The position numbers and the translations under genes are program-made. 64,000 nucleotides of DNA from Raillietiella orientalis (taxonomy: Eukaryota): NCBI GenBank assembly GCA_036172245.1, contig JAYWIR010000005.1:1922001-1986000 (forward strand), given 5' to 3'. Positions within the stretch are counted from its first letter, which is position 1, and the number at the start of each line of letters is the position of its first letter. Positions 26,450 through 40,000 of the stretch are shown here, one piece after another. Below the pieces are notes generated by a model, which saw nothing but the letters and a program-made list of their open reading frames with translations, was not told the origin of the DNA and did no database searches.

Positions 26450-27050
26450 CTGATTACGATTGATGACGGATTGGTAAGAAGATTCTTTTCTGTTTTTTGT
26501 GCAGCTGGGGGGCCTTGAATGGGACTGCAACCAGGAGACTCAGTCCAAAAAGCAAATCCAGCAGCGAGCCTAATACTTTCGATCCAGAGTGCGTCCTCGC
26601 GGTTTTGCTGTGGCGGATCCGCGTAACCAAGCAGCCAGTGTCTGGCACCGATAGGACACCGACAATCTTCGCTCCGAATGACGTCCTGGGCCGGGGAGAG
26701 GAAGATGGAATGTATTCCGAGAGCTTCCCTGAGTTCGGAACTCGAGGAGAAATCCTGTCGTTGGGTGCAGCACCTCGGTCCACTTCCGTGCCGGGATTTT
26801 GCGGCCTCGTTCCAGGACTCTGATCCTCTACCTAGTCGTTCTTGGATCATCCTATCATCTTCCTCTCCGGAGGCAAGCGGACCGCGATCTAACCGCGGAA
26901 GTTTTGCCTGTCGTATCGCATTGAGGAAAATACGGATCGAGTGGCACCTCTCCTGGACCGTGAGCGCTCGCGACATGGGACGTGCGTGTCCTCTCCCTGT
27001 GTATTTCCGAATTCTAGGATCGTCTTCCTCCTTCATCACGACCGTCGTCA
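26450..27050 (-). mobile_element. GC-rich decayed LINE RT relic (tentative)
   Basis: MSRALTV (cf. SKAFD.V), TQGSS (cf. PQGS), LLGYADP (cf. YADD), then a W..S remnant, in order on the minus strand. Confidence 0.35.
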
Positions 27051-27949
27051 TGCCCACCTCCTGCGCTCCGCTTCCCGGTCCCTGTGTCTCCTCCATCCGG
27101 TGTGCACCCGCACTTGCCATCCTCCCACAGACCCCAGTTCCTTGCGGTCGCTATGATACCGCAGTTTCCGCACGCTCCACTTTCCACCTGCCTTTCCCAT
27201 TTCTGGGGACGAACGCAGAGGGGTCCCGTTCCGCTCGAACGGGAAGGCATTTCCTACGTGCTTTGCAGCTTTCCTGCATTCTCCTTCCTGCCGTCACGAG
27301 TGCCGGTGCGTCCCTTTTCGCAGGGAGCGCACGCTGCAGCAGTGCTGGTGGATGATGGAGAAAATCGGGAAACGGATGGGGTAGCTGTAGGGAAGCACTA
27401 CCACGATAGGGAAACGTTCCTTAGGCGCGCAGGTGCTGCAAGCTGTGGAGCGGGAAACGTCGGCAGAGCCGGCACGCGCTCCTCGAACGGTCCTCTTCGT
27501 ACGGCGAATGAAAACGGCAGGGCTGCCAAGAGTGATGATGATATTTGCTTTCGTGAAGCGAAGTGCCGTTCCACTTTCGAGGCAGCTTTTCTGGGAGACC
27601 GTGCCTGAGAGAAGGACCGAGAGGAGATGGAAGCAGACTCTAGTGAAAGTTTCTGCTACGCCCCGAAGACAAGGATAGGGTGTGACAGGGTGTGGAAGCT
27701 GGAAAAAAAAAAAAAATGAATATCAGATCGGAGGCCTGGGAATTGTGGACAAGTGAGATGTTCCAGGAAAAACGAGAGCATTAGGTTTAGGAAAAGTGAA
27801 CGTTCAAGTTGGCAAAGGTCGTATTAGCAGCGAGCAGCGACTCTGGGGACGGTTTCTAAAGAAAGTGGTAACCGTTCCTGGACCACTCAAAAGAGAGACT
27901 TCATAAACTTGAAGTTGGATGTGTCTCTGCACAACTGCTCCATGGATAC

Positions 27950-28950
27950 TTCTGTTTTTTCTTTTTCTATCTGTGTCAGCAAATTCATGCCTCCTGTTTA
28001 CATGTAGGTGATGAAGCGGTTGCCCTTCAGTGGGGCAAAAGAGAGACCTCAACTGTTCAATTAGGCGAAGATGAAGAAATGGGGGCCAAGATAGCTTTCC
28101 TGCTTCCGCAACTTTTCCTCCCACTTCTAGAAACAGAGAGGCTGCAAGCTCCGGATCGCTTCTCGTCATTCGGAATCTTCGGTTCCTGTGCGAACAACGC
28201 CTCCTCCATTTTCTCCACACTCCTCGCCTCTTCGATTTCTCCTATGAACTCTTGTCCTTGGCTTCATCCGCTTCTCAACATGGGAGAGCACGCTATGACC
28301 TTGTTTACGTTTACTTTTTCTTTTTTTTGGTTCTGCTTTGCTTCTTTTGGCTCCAGCGAGCAGCTGCTTGGTTTTCAATCTTGATGAACGAAACTTGAAG
28401 ATTCCTCCTCTGCATTCCCGGTGGAGATCCTGGCGTTGCACTCCACGGCACAGGAGTTCACCATGAAGCTGGTAAATCTCACCGCTCGTTCGGTGCTCCA
28501 TCTGCATTTTGTTCAAGCAGATGAAGCCACCCGCTGAGACTAGGGCACGGGAGGAGCACACGCTCCAGAGTGCGACACGCATGGTGACTTCCGGTTTCCG
28601 GATATCGAAAGAATTCGGTCCTCCTTTCCGGGAGCGAGGCGGACGAGCAAGCAGATTCACTCGCACGCTTTCTTTGCTGACTTTTCGGAGATTGACGCCA
28701 GCCGCCGCCATCTCTGACGGGTCCGAATCCTGGGAGCCAATTCGGCGCGTCCGATGGCTCGGATTGATTAGGAGACTCCAGCCTGACTTGCCGGTCGTCG
28801 AACACTCCTTCGGCGTGGAGGGGGAGGAAACGCGGCCGCAGTTGAGCTCCTCGCCCGGCTTTCGTTGAGCCGAAGGTGGCCACGCGCGGAAGCATCCATC
28901 TCCATCGCCGAATTCGGACCAAAAACCGAACATGGGTCGTAGGGTCTCAC
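27950..28950 (-). mobile_element. GC-rich decayed CR1-like LINE relic
   Basis: VFDDRQVRL (cf. FL.DR.QRV), IYQLHGELL...RQDL (cf. Y.L.G..L...KDLG), IFKF, HSVLSHVEKRM (cf. AN..LG.I.R.F), WPPFLHLRLIEQL (cf. W.P.....I..LE). Confidence 0.4.
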
Positions 28951-30249
28951 TCTTCCCAACGGGCAGGAGACGCGTCTTTCCGCTTCCTGATTCGAAATTC
29001 GTTTGGGAACGCTAACGTCGGCGTTACACCGCCATGCCTCTGGCAGTGAAATCTTCACATCGGTTCCTGTGAAATGCGCAGGGCGTCCAGTGGCAGGAAT
29101 CCCGAATTTACCAAGGAAGCCAGGGCTGTTTCCCGTCGCTACTCCCGCAGGCAAGCAGCAATCAGGGTTCTAAGGACCCGAAAGCCGGCACGCTGCGATG
29201 GGTTGTGTTTGCACAAACTCTATGCTGAGGGAATGAATGTTTCATAATTTTCTCGCAAGAATCAGCTGGAACTTTGGATGAGTGCAAGAGCATTTTCCGA
29301 CCCAAGTTAGGATGGGTTCGGATAGAAACTCTCGTTTGTGTGGAGCTGTGGCCTCCGTTACGGAACTGATTGGAAACAACCTCACCCGCGGCAGTGACTC
29401 CACGTACACCAGCAATGACTACCAGCTGCCTTTTTCAGCTTCGTTTCAGCCATTTCCACTTTTTCCGGTTTGATATTCCGTAAACCTTCGGCGATCGGCA
29501 GCCGCTCGTTGGTTGCCAGTGATCAGGGATGCCACCTCACTTACCATCTTCGACGGTTTGCTTGAGGTTTAAAATGTCCACGTGAGCAGAGCTGTGAGCA
29601 ACATAGGTTAGCAACAAAACCAAATCAAACTTGGTTTGCAGATGGTGAGGCAGAAAGCTCATTCAGAAAGCATATTGTCTGGCATCACTGTTTTTCGTTC
29701 TCGATGGTTCATATTTGACGATTATCACAGAACAACGTGTCCTCACTATTTTCCTAACTCAAGAGAACACTTTCGACTGGGGTGTATGCCAGTGTGTCAT
29801 AGGACTTTCAGGAAGATATCGTGCACTCATCAGGGCAAAGACCGAAAAATCCAACGTGGAGACATCTAAGCTACGAGTGTTGGTAGCATTGTCAAGCTAC
29901 TGAGATGGCGGCGGTCATTGGCATGCAGAGGCTGTAAAGCCCGGTGCATCTGGATTTTCCTATCGTAAAAAAAAAAAGATACCAACGCACTCCTGCCGAA
30001 CGCATCTTCCTTCGTGGTAGACGTTTCAGGGAGATTTGAGCACGTCCTGCTAGGTCGAATCGCGATTGCCGTATGTGCACCCGCGTCTTCAGAAGCATTC
30101 CAGTTCTGCGTACTTCCTTACGGTGAGGGTCAAAGGTTCGGTCGTGCTTAATTGCTTGATAAACGGGGGAAGAAGTGAATGCATGTTTCGGATTCATGAT
30201 CTCTTCTTGAAAGCATGGGCCACGACAGGTGCCGTGTGGATCAGCGAAT

Positions 30250-30660
30250 GCGTTGCTCTTACACGGTGACCAGCTCCACGGTCACTGATCCGTTTTATCT
30301 TAAACACTATCAAGCACTTGCAAAGATCGCATAAAGTAGGAGAGCTCCTCCAAAGTAAATTCAGCAGTATAGCAAGCGCTGCTTTGCGAAACGAAACAGA
30401 TCTCTGTTCTGCGTTGTCTAGAAAGACTGCATCTTGAGCAGGAATGAACACCGATTGGAATTGATTCGAGATGCCCCTGAAGCTCCTGTGGGACTCCGAA
30501 TAAGATCAAAATCGAGGTAGATTGAAATCATTTCACAAGCGTTTCGTCTCTTCGTCCCTCTCAAGGCTTTCAAAATAAACATCTTGTCGCGGGAAGTGGC
30601 ATCTTGCATTCACGCTGGGAAAAGACCTCGTTCATTCTTCCGATAGCGACCACTGTTCAC
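30250..30660 (-). mobile_element. Decayed LINE RT relic
   Basis: RSFPSVN (cf. KAFDSVN), ILKALRGTKRR, GVPQ at 30497-30486, then CKCLIV (cf. KCKVL). Confidence 0.5.
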
Positions 30661-31510
30661 AGCTAAGGTTACCTACTTTTCTATTAGAAAAACAACAAGC
30701 GGCAAAGGTAGCCAGATCAAATCTGATCCTGCCTCTCGGAAAATCGAAAGCGAACTGTTTACGAGCTCAATGCTTCCTGAATCATCCCCCGAAAGCATCA
30801 ATTCCAAGGATTTTAAAATGTTAGCTTAAAGAAGTTTCTTCCAGGTTAAATGCCATTCAAGATTTCCTCCTGTCCCCTTTGCACACGTCTCTTTTGGTCC
30901 GCCGTGTTGGACCAAGGGCTAAACACGCGCCCATATCAGAAGTGTTCAAGTTTTCAGACTGTCTAGTTTTCCCTAACTTTTCGTTTGCCACTCCTTATCA
31001 AACCTGAGACTCAGCTGCACAGCTCTGGCCAGGCTTTCCTGAGGTGTCTGCTTCGAACCCGAAAGGGGACTCAATCCAGCATGCAGAACCGAAACGTTTT
31101 AGAAAATTCGAAGCAGCCCTTGGATCCTGCAAAAAACGCGAGTCCTCGAAATTGAATTTAAGCGGAATCTGCCCGAAATTGCACAACTAACTTAGAGGAT
31201 CATCTCAAGCAGTGTAACTATTACAGAAAATGGGAGCATTTCATCTTCGAATCGCACGATATCATTAACGAGAGCTGCTCCCAGAGACCGAAGAAAGAGG
31301 AGTTTACTTCATGACTACGGAGATAAAGTTAGCGTGGCATCTTTCGAAGATGAAATCTAAAATCGGTTGGTTTGCGCATGTGCTCTCGTGTTGTGCCACC
31401 TTTACGAGCCACGCTACGAGCTCCTCGCCGATGTCTTCGGTTGACGAGTCCAATGGATGAGATGAGGAACGCTTCATGAATGCCTTACGGGACCAAACCT
31501 TTCACACAGA

Positions 31511-31703
31511 ACACCACAGAAAGTCCTGGTATCTTGCGAAAGACAAGCAAATCTTTTGGGGGAACATCAGCATTTCTTGCATTCGAGGGTGACTTGCTTG
31601 AAGATATGTTTGGGAACCGTTAGGATGCAAACTCGTGGAGGAGGGGTCTCTCATCTCCATCTAAAGTGGAGACTGACTGCCGAAATATCCAGTGAAAGGA
31701 CAG
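31511..31703 (+). repeat. Left arm of a ~190-bp inverted repeat
   Basis: The first 47 nt (acaccacagaaagtcctggtatcttgcgaaagacaagcaaatctttt) are exactly complementary to 33987-34033; the rest is colinear with scattered mismatches. Confidence 0.95.
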
Positions 31704-32029
31704 AGATGTGGTGCAGCAAGCAGAAGAAATCTCGATGGAAACAAGACGTTAGCCTGCATGAGTTTCGCGAAATTTTTCCAAGACGAGAGACGATCTGAAA
31801 GCGAACCGTTTTCTTGACCCTTCTTCCGCTCAGCATAATACACCCTGAGTTTTGCGAACTTCCTTGCAACAAATGCAGAATGCATTTTCACGGCAGGAAA
31901 CAGCCGGCAGAGAAGGCAACGAGGAAGCGCGGAATTTCTGCCCACCGATGGTTACGACGAAGAGCAAGAAGCGCCGGAATGCGAACAGCTGACCTTCGAC
32001 TGTGCCGCTGTAGAAGTACGCATCGGAAG

Positions 32030-33480
32030 ACAATCACGGCACGCCTCGTTGCGATGACCTCTTTCTCAAAAGGAACGAGTTGCGATGCTGAATCTTCAGA
32101 AGTCTCCTTGCATCCTTCCAGAAAGCCGATGTCCTTTCTCTTAGTAACTGATTTGCCAAGTGTTGCGAAGTACGATGCTGGGAAATATTTTTGCGATAGC
32201 TGAAGGCTTTCTTCCATTGATGCTTGAATTCTTGAGGAAAATCGATACGAGAAGTCCTCAAGTTGAAGACTAAGGAATTTGTGGAGAGGAGAAATTTTCC
32301 GGAATGTGCTTTCCGAAGTAAAGATGACTCACTGATGTTCAACATGGAATTTTTGGATTTACACGAAACAAGACGCGATGTTACCCATGATTGGTACTTT
32401 CCAACAAACCTGCTGTCCTCATTATGTGAGGTACTAATGGCAACGACGGCAGATGCTTTTGCTTCTAAAACCAAAAGCTCACTCCACTTACATCAGTTGG
32501 CCACTGATGTAGGTGGAATGCGTTCTAGGCAGCTCGCGTTCTACGAAGTCAGCTTTAAAGAAAGGTTCCACGTCGAGTTGACGCACTCAGTTATTTCAAA
32601 AGATGGTACATTAAATAATGAAAAGTCACCAAAATTCCCGAAGCCAAATCTTTAATGATTCTACGTCCATACATAAGGTTTACATGCACTTTTGTTTTGC
32701 GGAATCAGGTGCTTCCAAAAAAAAAAAAATTCGGATGATGCAAAGTCAGAAAATGGTGACACATTTGCCAGGACCTATGATAAAAGAAACCCAACGGAGA
32801 GCATCCAGAGATGCAGAAAATAATTGCATCTGCATCCGTGTCGAAATGCGGAAGCTCGTGGAATTTAGCGTTGATTCCTTGGCATCGAAGTGGATCGCCA
32901 TGCTAAGGTCACCGTAAACTTCATTTCAGAGACGGTCCATCATCAAATCCCGTCCGGCATAAATCGGAGCAGACATGTGATGAGATTACTCCGAATTTTA
33001 AAGCATTGCCTTTCCATCCAATTATCCTGTATTATTTGAAAGAAGGCAATTCCTCAAGACTACTTGGAAAATACCGTGGAACCGTGTGAATTAGATTACG
33101 AAACCCTGGTAGCAGAAACTATTTTGTAATGAAGGATGTGTATTCCAAATGGAAGCTTACAAAAGGATGGTCACTTTACTCTTCGTCACAGGAATTTCCA
33201 AAATTCCTCTACGTATATCAGGGTGAACGGCGTCTCCGGGTTGACAGTTCCATCATTGCTTCCGGCAGAGTTAATAAAATCCAAGCTCACTTATCCAAGC
33301 ATCGAGCGCACACATTGCATTTGAAGATGAAGTGTAACGAGATGTGTCAAGCGAGGATCGTTTCCTTGTCGTTCCTCGGAATGGGTCGATCGACCCATTT
33401 GGAATCGCAAATTCGCGACTGCTTGTCCTCTGAAGTTGGTTCTGGCAATCCTGAAGCAGATGATGATCCTTGGCATCCTT
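32030..33480 (+). mobile_element. Decayed CR1-like LINE ORF2 (RT through the C-terminus), lying between the 31.5/33.9-kb inverted arms
   Basis: In order: TSFSKGTSCD (cf. PIFKKG...D), EFLDLHETRRDVTH (cf. .FLDF.KAFD.V.H), IFND..HKVYMHF (cf. FN..KCKVMHF), FLGIEVD at 32875-32895, YETLV, ERRLRVD (cf. RRLRGD), HRAHTLHL (cf. TRGH.LKL), WN. Confidence 0.65.
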
Positions 33481-33841
33481 ATGCCTCGTTGGAAGAGTCT
33501 CTTGTGAAAAAGAAGCTGGAGGAGGCTGTTCTAGCTTAGATCGCTGGAGTAGTCGTTTTCGTTGCTTTCGAACGGTCGCCGCGGATGCTGTGCCTACTAT
33601 TTCCGCTTTTCTAATACCTCGCGAGATTGGCTAAGCGCTTCGACTTCCTGTGGTTTCCCTGAACGAATCCTTCCACGAAAAATTTTCCTATAAATCACGA
33701 TCAAGGATTCCCCCAGATGAAAGCGACTTCTGCTTGCCAAATGCAATCTGGAATTGAAAGCGAAACTGCGAAATCTTGGATTTCTGTTTATTCTTTCGAG
33801 TTTCTTCTACTGCTGATCCTTCCCTTTTCTGGACCATAGTC

Positions 33842-34033
33842 CTGTCATTTCATTGGATATTTCGTCACTCAGTCTCACTTCAGATGGAAATGAGAGACCC
33901 CTCTTTCACGTGTTTGCATCCCGATGGTTCCCAAACATATCTTCTCCCAAGATACCTTCGAGCGCAAGAAATGCTGATGTTTCCCGAAAAGATTTGCTTG
34001 TCTTTCGCAAGATACCAGGACTTTCTGTGGTGT
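33842..34033 (-). repeat. Right arm of the ~190-bp inverted repeat
   Basis: The reverse complement matches 31511-31703 along its length. Confidence 0.95.
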
Positions 34034-37000
34034 CGGTCGCTTGCGCAGCTGACATTCGGAGGTTTTCGTTTGGCGTGCATTCTCTCTGGTCGCGCGGGCA
34101 ACAGTTTCCGGCATTCCCTCCGTGCGTATGGGGTAGAAAAAGGGTGTTTCCGGAGAGGTTTGGCTAACTAAATACAGCCACTGGCCTCTGCTTCAGGGAT
34201 TCACATGGTTTGGTTTTCGATAATTCTCACAATCATGCCGCAGGGGAAGCCATCAAGTGTGATGGACTCTATGAAATACAGTTTGATGACGTCACAAATG
34301 GCACGCCCGCTGCTTCTAGGTTTCAGAATGGTCGAGGTTCCGCTCCTCGTATCCTTGCAGCCGCGTAGGTTCGGCATTTACATATTTCTCACCTAGAACA
34401 CGGCAACACTGTTTAATGATTTCGGGATTCCGCTGCAGTTTTCTGATGCTTCCTTGGTCCGGAAAGTGGGCAGCTTTTTCTAGGGACGCATTCTACAGAT
34501 GCGTTGCTTACGGAAAAATAGGGTATTGCAAGCCGGCATCTCCAGCCCGATTCGGCACCCTTGAAATCTTCGCCTGCTAATTGTCTTCAGCTGAAAGTAA
34601 GCAAATTGCCAGCGGTTGAGTCTCGGCTCGGATTCCGCGCTTTGATGCCGGGGACCCATTCCTCGATGTTGCTAATCATCCTTCTTGGAAAACGATTTTT
34701 TTTTTTTGGTGTTGATTTCTCAAGACTTTTCTTCCGGAGCTGCAGGAGCAGGGATGATTTGGGAAATGGGGAATGTTCACGTGGAACGCCTAACTTCGGC
34801 TTGTGCGAAAGCAGCCTTGCATTCTGGGAAGATATATGCAAGGAGCTCAAGAGAGCTCATCCTCAGCTCACGTAGGAGAGCGCAACGCAGTGCTTTCTTA
34901 TGGACTATCTGACTCGGGTTATTCTGGAATGTCTCTTTGTTGACTCCGCAGCAACCTAAAAGCGTGGAAGCTGACGAGGGGATAGGTTTTTTGACCTTCC
35001 CATTCGTCGGCTTTAGATAAGTGGATGCCTATTCAACAAGAGCTACATTATTTCCTTTCCTCACGTGAAGGAACAAGGACTGCGTCCGCATTCCACCACC
35101 ATCGGAAAGGAGGTCGTAACGCTTGTCTTCTGTTCTTCCCACAGCAGCAAATGATCCCTAATGCACAGCGCACTTGGCTTCACGATCTATATATCTCACT
35201 GTTCCGGTCACATTCTGAAGTCAATCCTTTTTAAGAGGGACGAGAGGACGCGATCAATAATTTTTCCTGGTTCGGCATTTGTGTTTTTCGTCTCTTATCA
35301 GATCTGGGAGTTCGAATCGGGAACCTTGATAATCTATAATATTTCGGGAAGCTTGCTTTCATTGTGATTAACTGCTATCGAGCAGTAAATGCTTCTCTTT
35401 CGTCATGGCATTCCGAAGTAATCGTACTGAATAATAAATCTCTCCTCAGGAAGGCATGCAAGTAGTTTTTTTTTCCTTCTTTCGGTCCTTTCCTCCGCCT
35501 TTCCTTTGAAGGGCTCATACGACGTTGTTTTGAAAGTGGGGCCCCTGCCTTTGGAAAATGTCGCAGCGATGAATTTTTGACTTTTTGCATCGGTGAATTT
35601 CATTCCCTGATCTTCCGAGGAAAAATAGTGCTCCGGAGATTGATAGCAAGTGATCCCGCGAAGGACGGGAGGGGAGTGGGGGGAGGGGAAGAAAAAATGG
35701 ATTCGGATTCCTGTCTCCGGAGCAGGATGTTCCTCCATGTGAGGATTTCTCTCCACTTCTGATTCTTCGTTAGGATCAAAAATCTCTCTCAGAAGGAAGC
35801 ACGATTTCCGGGCGCATCTTCTCCTACCGGAAATCTTAGTCTTTACGGTCTTTGTCTTTACTTCGTCTCTGGTTGCGAGCCCAGCCACGGAAACCGCAAG
35901 CAGCATTACTGCTGTTGTCTTTCGCCTTTCCGGGTCCGTAGGAGGAACACAGATGCTGGAGCCACTGACGTGACACCATCTTTGCTAGATCGTGGCAAGG
36001 TCGAAAGCTGCCAAACTCTTTGAGGGGGAGACAATTGTTTCCTTCCTTTTGTTTTCCTTTTTCCTCTTTTTTGCAGTGCCTTTTGGCTGCACGTTTTGTA
36101 TGAGCATTGCACACGCACAAACACCCCAGACAGACACAGACACACAAACAAGCAGCCCGATTGCTTGCCGACAGCGAGGGCAAAGATAGTTTGCTATGTC
36201 GGGAAACACTGCTCTTGAGGGAACAAACGTTCGGTACGTCGTTATGATGAAACAGTGAGCCATTACGCTGATGTCCTGCCATGCTCATCACGTCTGGCAG
36301 CACTGCAAACAGAAGGTTGCATTAATTCAACGGCGCCTGCAGCTCGCGGGAACGTGATCGAGCCGTTAGACGTTGCCAATTCCATTTGCTTACGCAAAAT
36401 CAGGCGACTTTCCCGAGCGCACGGGCGATGGAAGTCGCTACGCAGGGGATCTCCAGAATTTCCATCCGGTGTAATGATCTCGGAAAAGGGAGGAAATCAG
36501 TGAAACTTGGATCTGGAACGCAAATCGCTTGCGAACTGGATTTCGGTAGGGTACGTTCGGCTGCACTTCCGCACTGACAGGTCTTCAGAAAAATCGATCC
36601 TTATCTCGCGGGTTCACGGAGCCTACTGAAATCTATTGGAGGTGCTTTCTCAAGTCATAGCTGCCTGCAGCCGGCCTGGCAGAAAATCAGTTTGTTTTTT
36701 CATTATCATGCGGATTGAGGTGTGTTCCTCGCCTAGCAGAAAATGGATGTCCTAGCATCGATGATGGTACACGCGGACGGAAGCGTTCCCTTTATCCTTT
36801 GGCATTCTTTTCCTGCTGCTGCAAGACTCACGGCTGCCACTCGCGAGACGGACCTCGGTCTCGTTCCAGGCAAGAAAGAGCCTGACTGGATCCCATGCCA
36901 GTAATGACCGGTATTTTTCGCGACCACCGCCTCCTTTAGGAGCGGCAGTCATCGCAGCGCCGACAGCAGCATACCTCAAGCACAAACGCGCACCTTCCTT

Positions 37001-40000
37001 TCGACACGGATGCTGCAGGGACAGCAGCTTGCTCGAAAGGAAACTCTGTCAGTTCGCTTCAGAAACATCGACTTGACAGCAAGCCATTAGCGTGTCGATA
37101 GCGATTTTCAACAGACAAGTGATCCGGCAGGCAAGCATGCCTTGATGCGACTTGAAATAAGCGAGTTTGGCAGCTTACCTCCCCCTCTCCCGAACTAGCC
37201 GAGATGGCTTTCCCAGCTTCGGCAGGAAGGCCAAAGGAAACCCCGCTAAGTGGGTCCAGAACGCACGTGCCGGCTGGCGTTCAGCGCGCCTACTGTGTAA
37301 CAAAAGTGAACTCGCACTATGTTACAAAATCCGCTTCGAGTTGAGTGTACTCGCTGAGTACAGTTACCAGGTCACGAATCACTCATCTCATTTCTCCTTC
37401 TTCTTTTTCGGTATCTGATTTCTCACATTTTTCGCGGCAATCATTTTTAGTTAATGCTTCTCTCGCGGCGCCTACACCTGGGAGCGCCCTTTGCCTGACG
37501 TCCTGACAATGAGGATGTTTGGGATTAGCTACTCCTACCCAGAACGTACCAGTTGGTTCCGTACTCGACCAATGTTTCCTTGTTGCCTTCTCTTCGGTGA
37601 GCGTCGAGCTTGTCGCGTTTTTTCTCGATTCTTCCTCAAATTTTAGACACCCGATTCGTAAGCTGCTGGTCTGAATGGTCGGAAGCCGTAAACCTATCAG
37701 TTCTCAAAGCTTCCTCCTACGAAGCGATGCACTGGAAAAGAAGAACAAAAAATCACAAGCAGAGGAAAAGCATTCGATGTTGTCGCTGCAAATTTTCATT
37801 CAGCACCACAGAGTGCTTGCGTCTTTCGGCGAAGAATTCATTGGTTTGTTTCTTTGAGAGAAAAAAAAAAAAAATCTCCATCGCTCTTTGGCACCTCCTC
37901 AAGGATTCACAAGCTTGTGTTGACTTCTAGCTGCAGTTGTTCGAGCTTCATGTCTACTTGTATGTGTGGGCGTTGGACAAGGTCAAGCGCGGGGGCCTCA
38001 CCCATACGAGCCGTAGAGAACCGTATATCAAAGCATCACATCAAGGATTCACTTACTGGACTACATCGCGACTTATGGAATAGCGTCTGCTTGAGGAACC
38101 TGGAACCTCTGGATCGAAGCCACAGTTTTGAATGCACTAAATGGTACCGGTGCAAGGCAGTCAGCGATCATTTTTTCTTTGAGTATGCCTTGAAAACATT
38201 CTTTTCTATGAGCAGCGAGCAACGAGCTTTCACTTTCATTTCTCAGCTCACGAAAGAATGGGGCTTTTACTGTCGCGACCGAATCGAAGAAAGCTCCAAA
38301 AGGATTAACCCCAATGCAGACAATGGAAGCGTGCCGTTTGGGCATCGCCGTGTGAGTGGAAAAGAGGAGGGGATGGAATCACCATCTGAATCGTTCAAAG
38401 TTCTTGTGGTCAGGAAGTCCTTTCGGTCAATTTCGACGCCAAGAAAGACACGTCCGTGTGAATTAGACTACAATTACACACACACTTATCCAACACAGGA
38501 GAGCAGTGTGCACGTGAGGGTCCCGATGTTTGGTACGCATCCGCATATTCGTGTCCGTAATGGTCGCGTGCATTGACGGCCACTGTCAGAAACTTTGCCA
38601 TCCGAAAATTGCAAATCGTGCTGAATGATGCGGATAAGGTCTTACAGACAACCTCCGGTGATCGGATTTGTTTCGAGGACGAGTTTTGAAAAAAAAAAAG
38701 AAAGAAAAGAATGCGGCGTCCGGTGACATTTTTTGGTACATCCTGACATCGCACATCCTGTGAGCTGGAAAACATGAAGAATGGTCATCCGCGGTCGTTT
38801 CCACAGTTTGGTAGCGAACCGATGGATTTGAAGAGCCCCGGTCAAGTGGGCAAGGCCACCTTGAACTCGGGTGTCCTCAAATCCCTAAGTGGGAAGTGGG
38901 TGCCTCGAGGCTGCTTGGTTTGCAAGCTCAAAAGATCCTTCGCCAGCCCCACCGAGCGAATTCCCAGAACCGCGGTTAGCTTGTCTGCAATTCTTTTAGA
39001 TAGCGATGTGGTATTTCTTACTGTGACCACTCTGCCAGAACTGCATGAAAACGTGAAAACATAGCCTCCGTCCATCACGTAGGAGATGTGATTGTGTCTT
39101 CAGCAACACAAGATCATAAATAGTTAATCATCGAACATAAAGCAGCTGCGGTCTTAATCTTCTGTACGTGAGCACATCGTGATGAATGGAATTACGGACA
39201 GCTATGCAAGCAGATATACGTATACATGTGTTCATGAATACAGATACAAGTACACAAGCATGCCTTTTCTTATAAGATTCGTACTAGAGCAGGTGATGGA
39301 AATGCGCACACGCAGAATCCTACGCGGATTTCTCTTGGCCTGTCACAAGATGTAACCGAAAACGTGAAACACGAAATTCGATGGACCATTTCATAGTTCA
39401 TTTCCGGGAGTGTTCCCTGCAAAAGAACATTTTCATTCAAGTTCTCTCGAGCTGCAAGATCGAAAGTCCAACCGCTCACGTAATGATGATTGAATAATCC
39501 ACTTTGGGAATTCCCTGCTTATCTATTCAGCTGAGATAGTTGTAATTCCATAAATCGCCCAGCTAGATGGTAAAAGTTGTTTCCACACACGTTCACAATT
39601 CGAAAAACTTTCCCGGCAGCTTGCAAGCGAGCACAGCAGCGGAACTTATGTGTGTGGGAGCAGCGTATGTGTGATTTTTCATTTCCTGCTACCACGCTGG
39701 AATTTGCTTTTCGTCGCCAGACCGGGTGAGAGAGCCCATTCGGATGCGAAAAAAGAAAACAACCTGTCGGAGAGGTTCGGGACAAACCGGATGAATATTC
39801 GGGTTCCTACGGTATTTCGTTGTATTTGGAGATGCCTTGAAATAGAGTGCCGAATGAGAAACGCACATTCCTCCAGCCATTGCGGGAACACCGCGAACTT
39901 CTTAAGAGAGCATTTTTGGACAGCGGTCGAACGTTTCCATCGCAAAACACGTCGAAAAGATGCTGCTGGACTCTCTCCATCTATAAATCGTTTTTTTTAT

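Noticed and set aside
25235..28933. Long ORFs of 225-260 aa
   Set aside because: They overlap on both strands in GC-rich DNA, have no recognisable host domain, and are partly explained by LINE relics.
37854..38576. 240-aa + strand ORF
   Set aside because: It starts in a poly-A tract, has no recognisable domain, and no convincing splice structure was identified.
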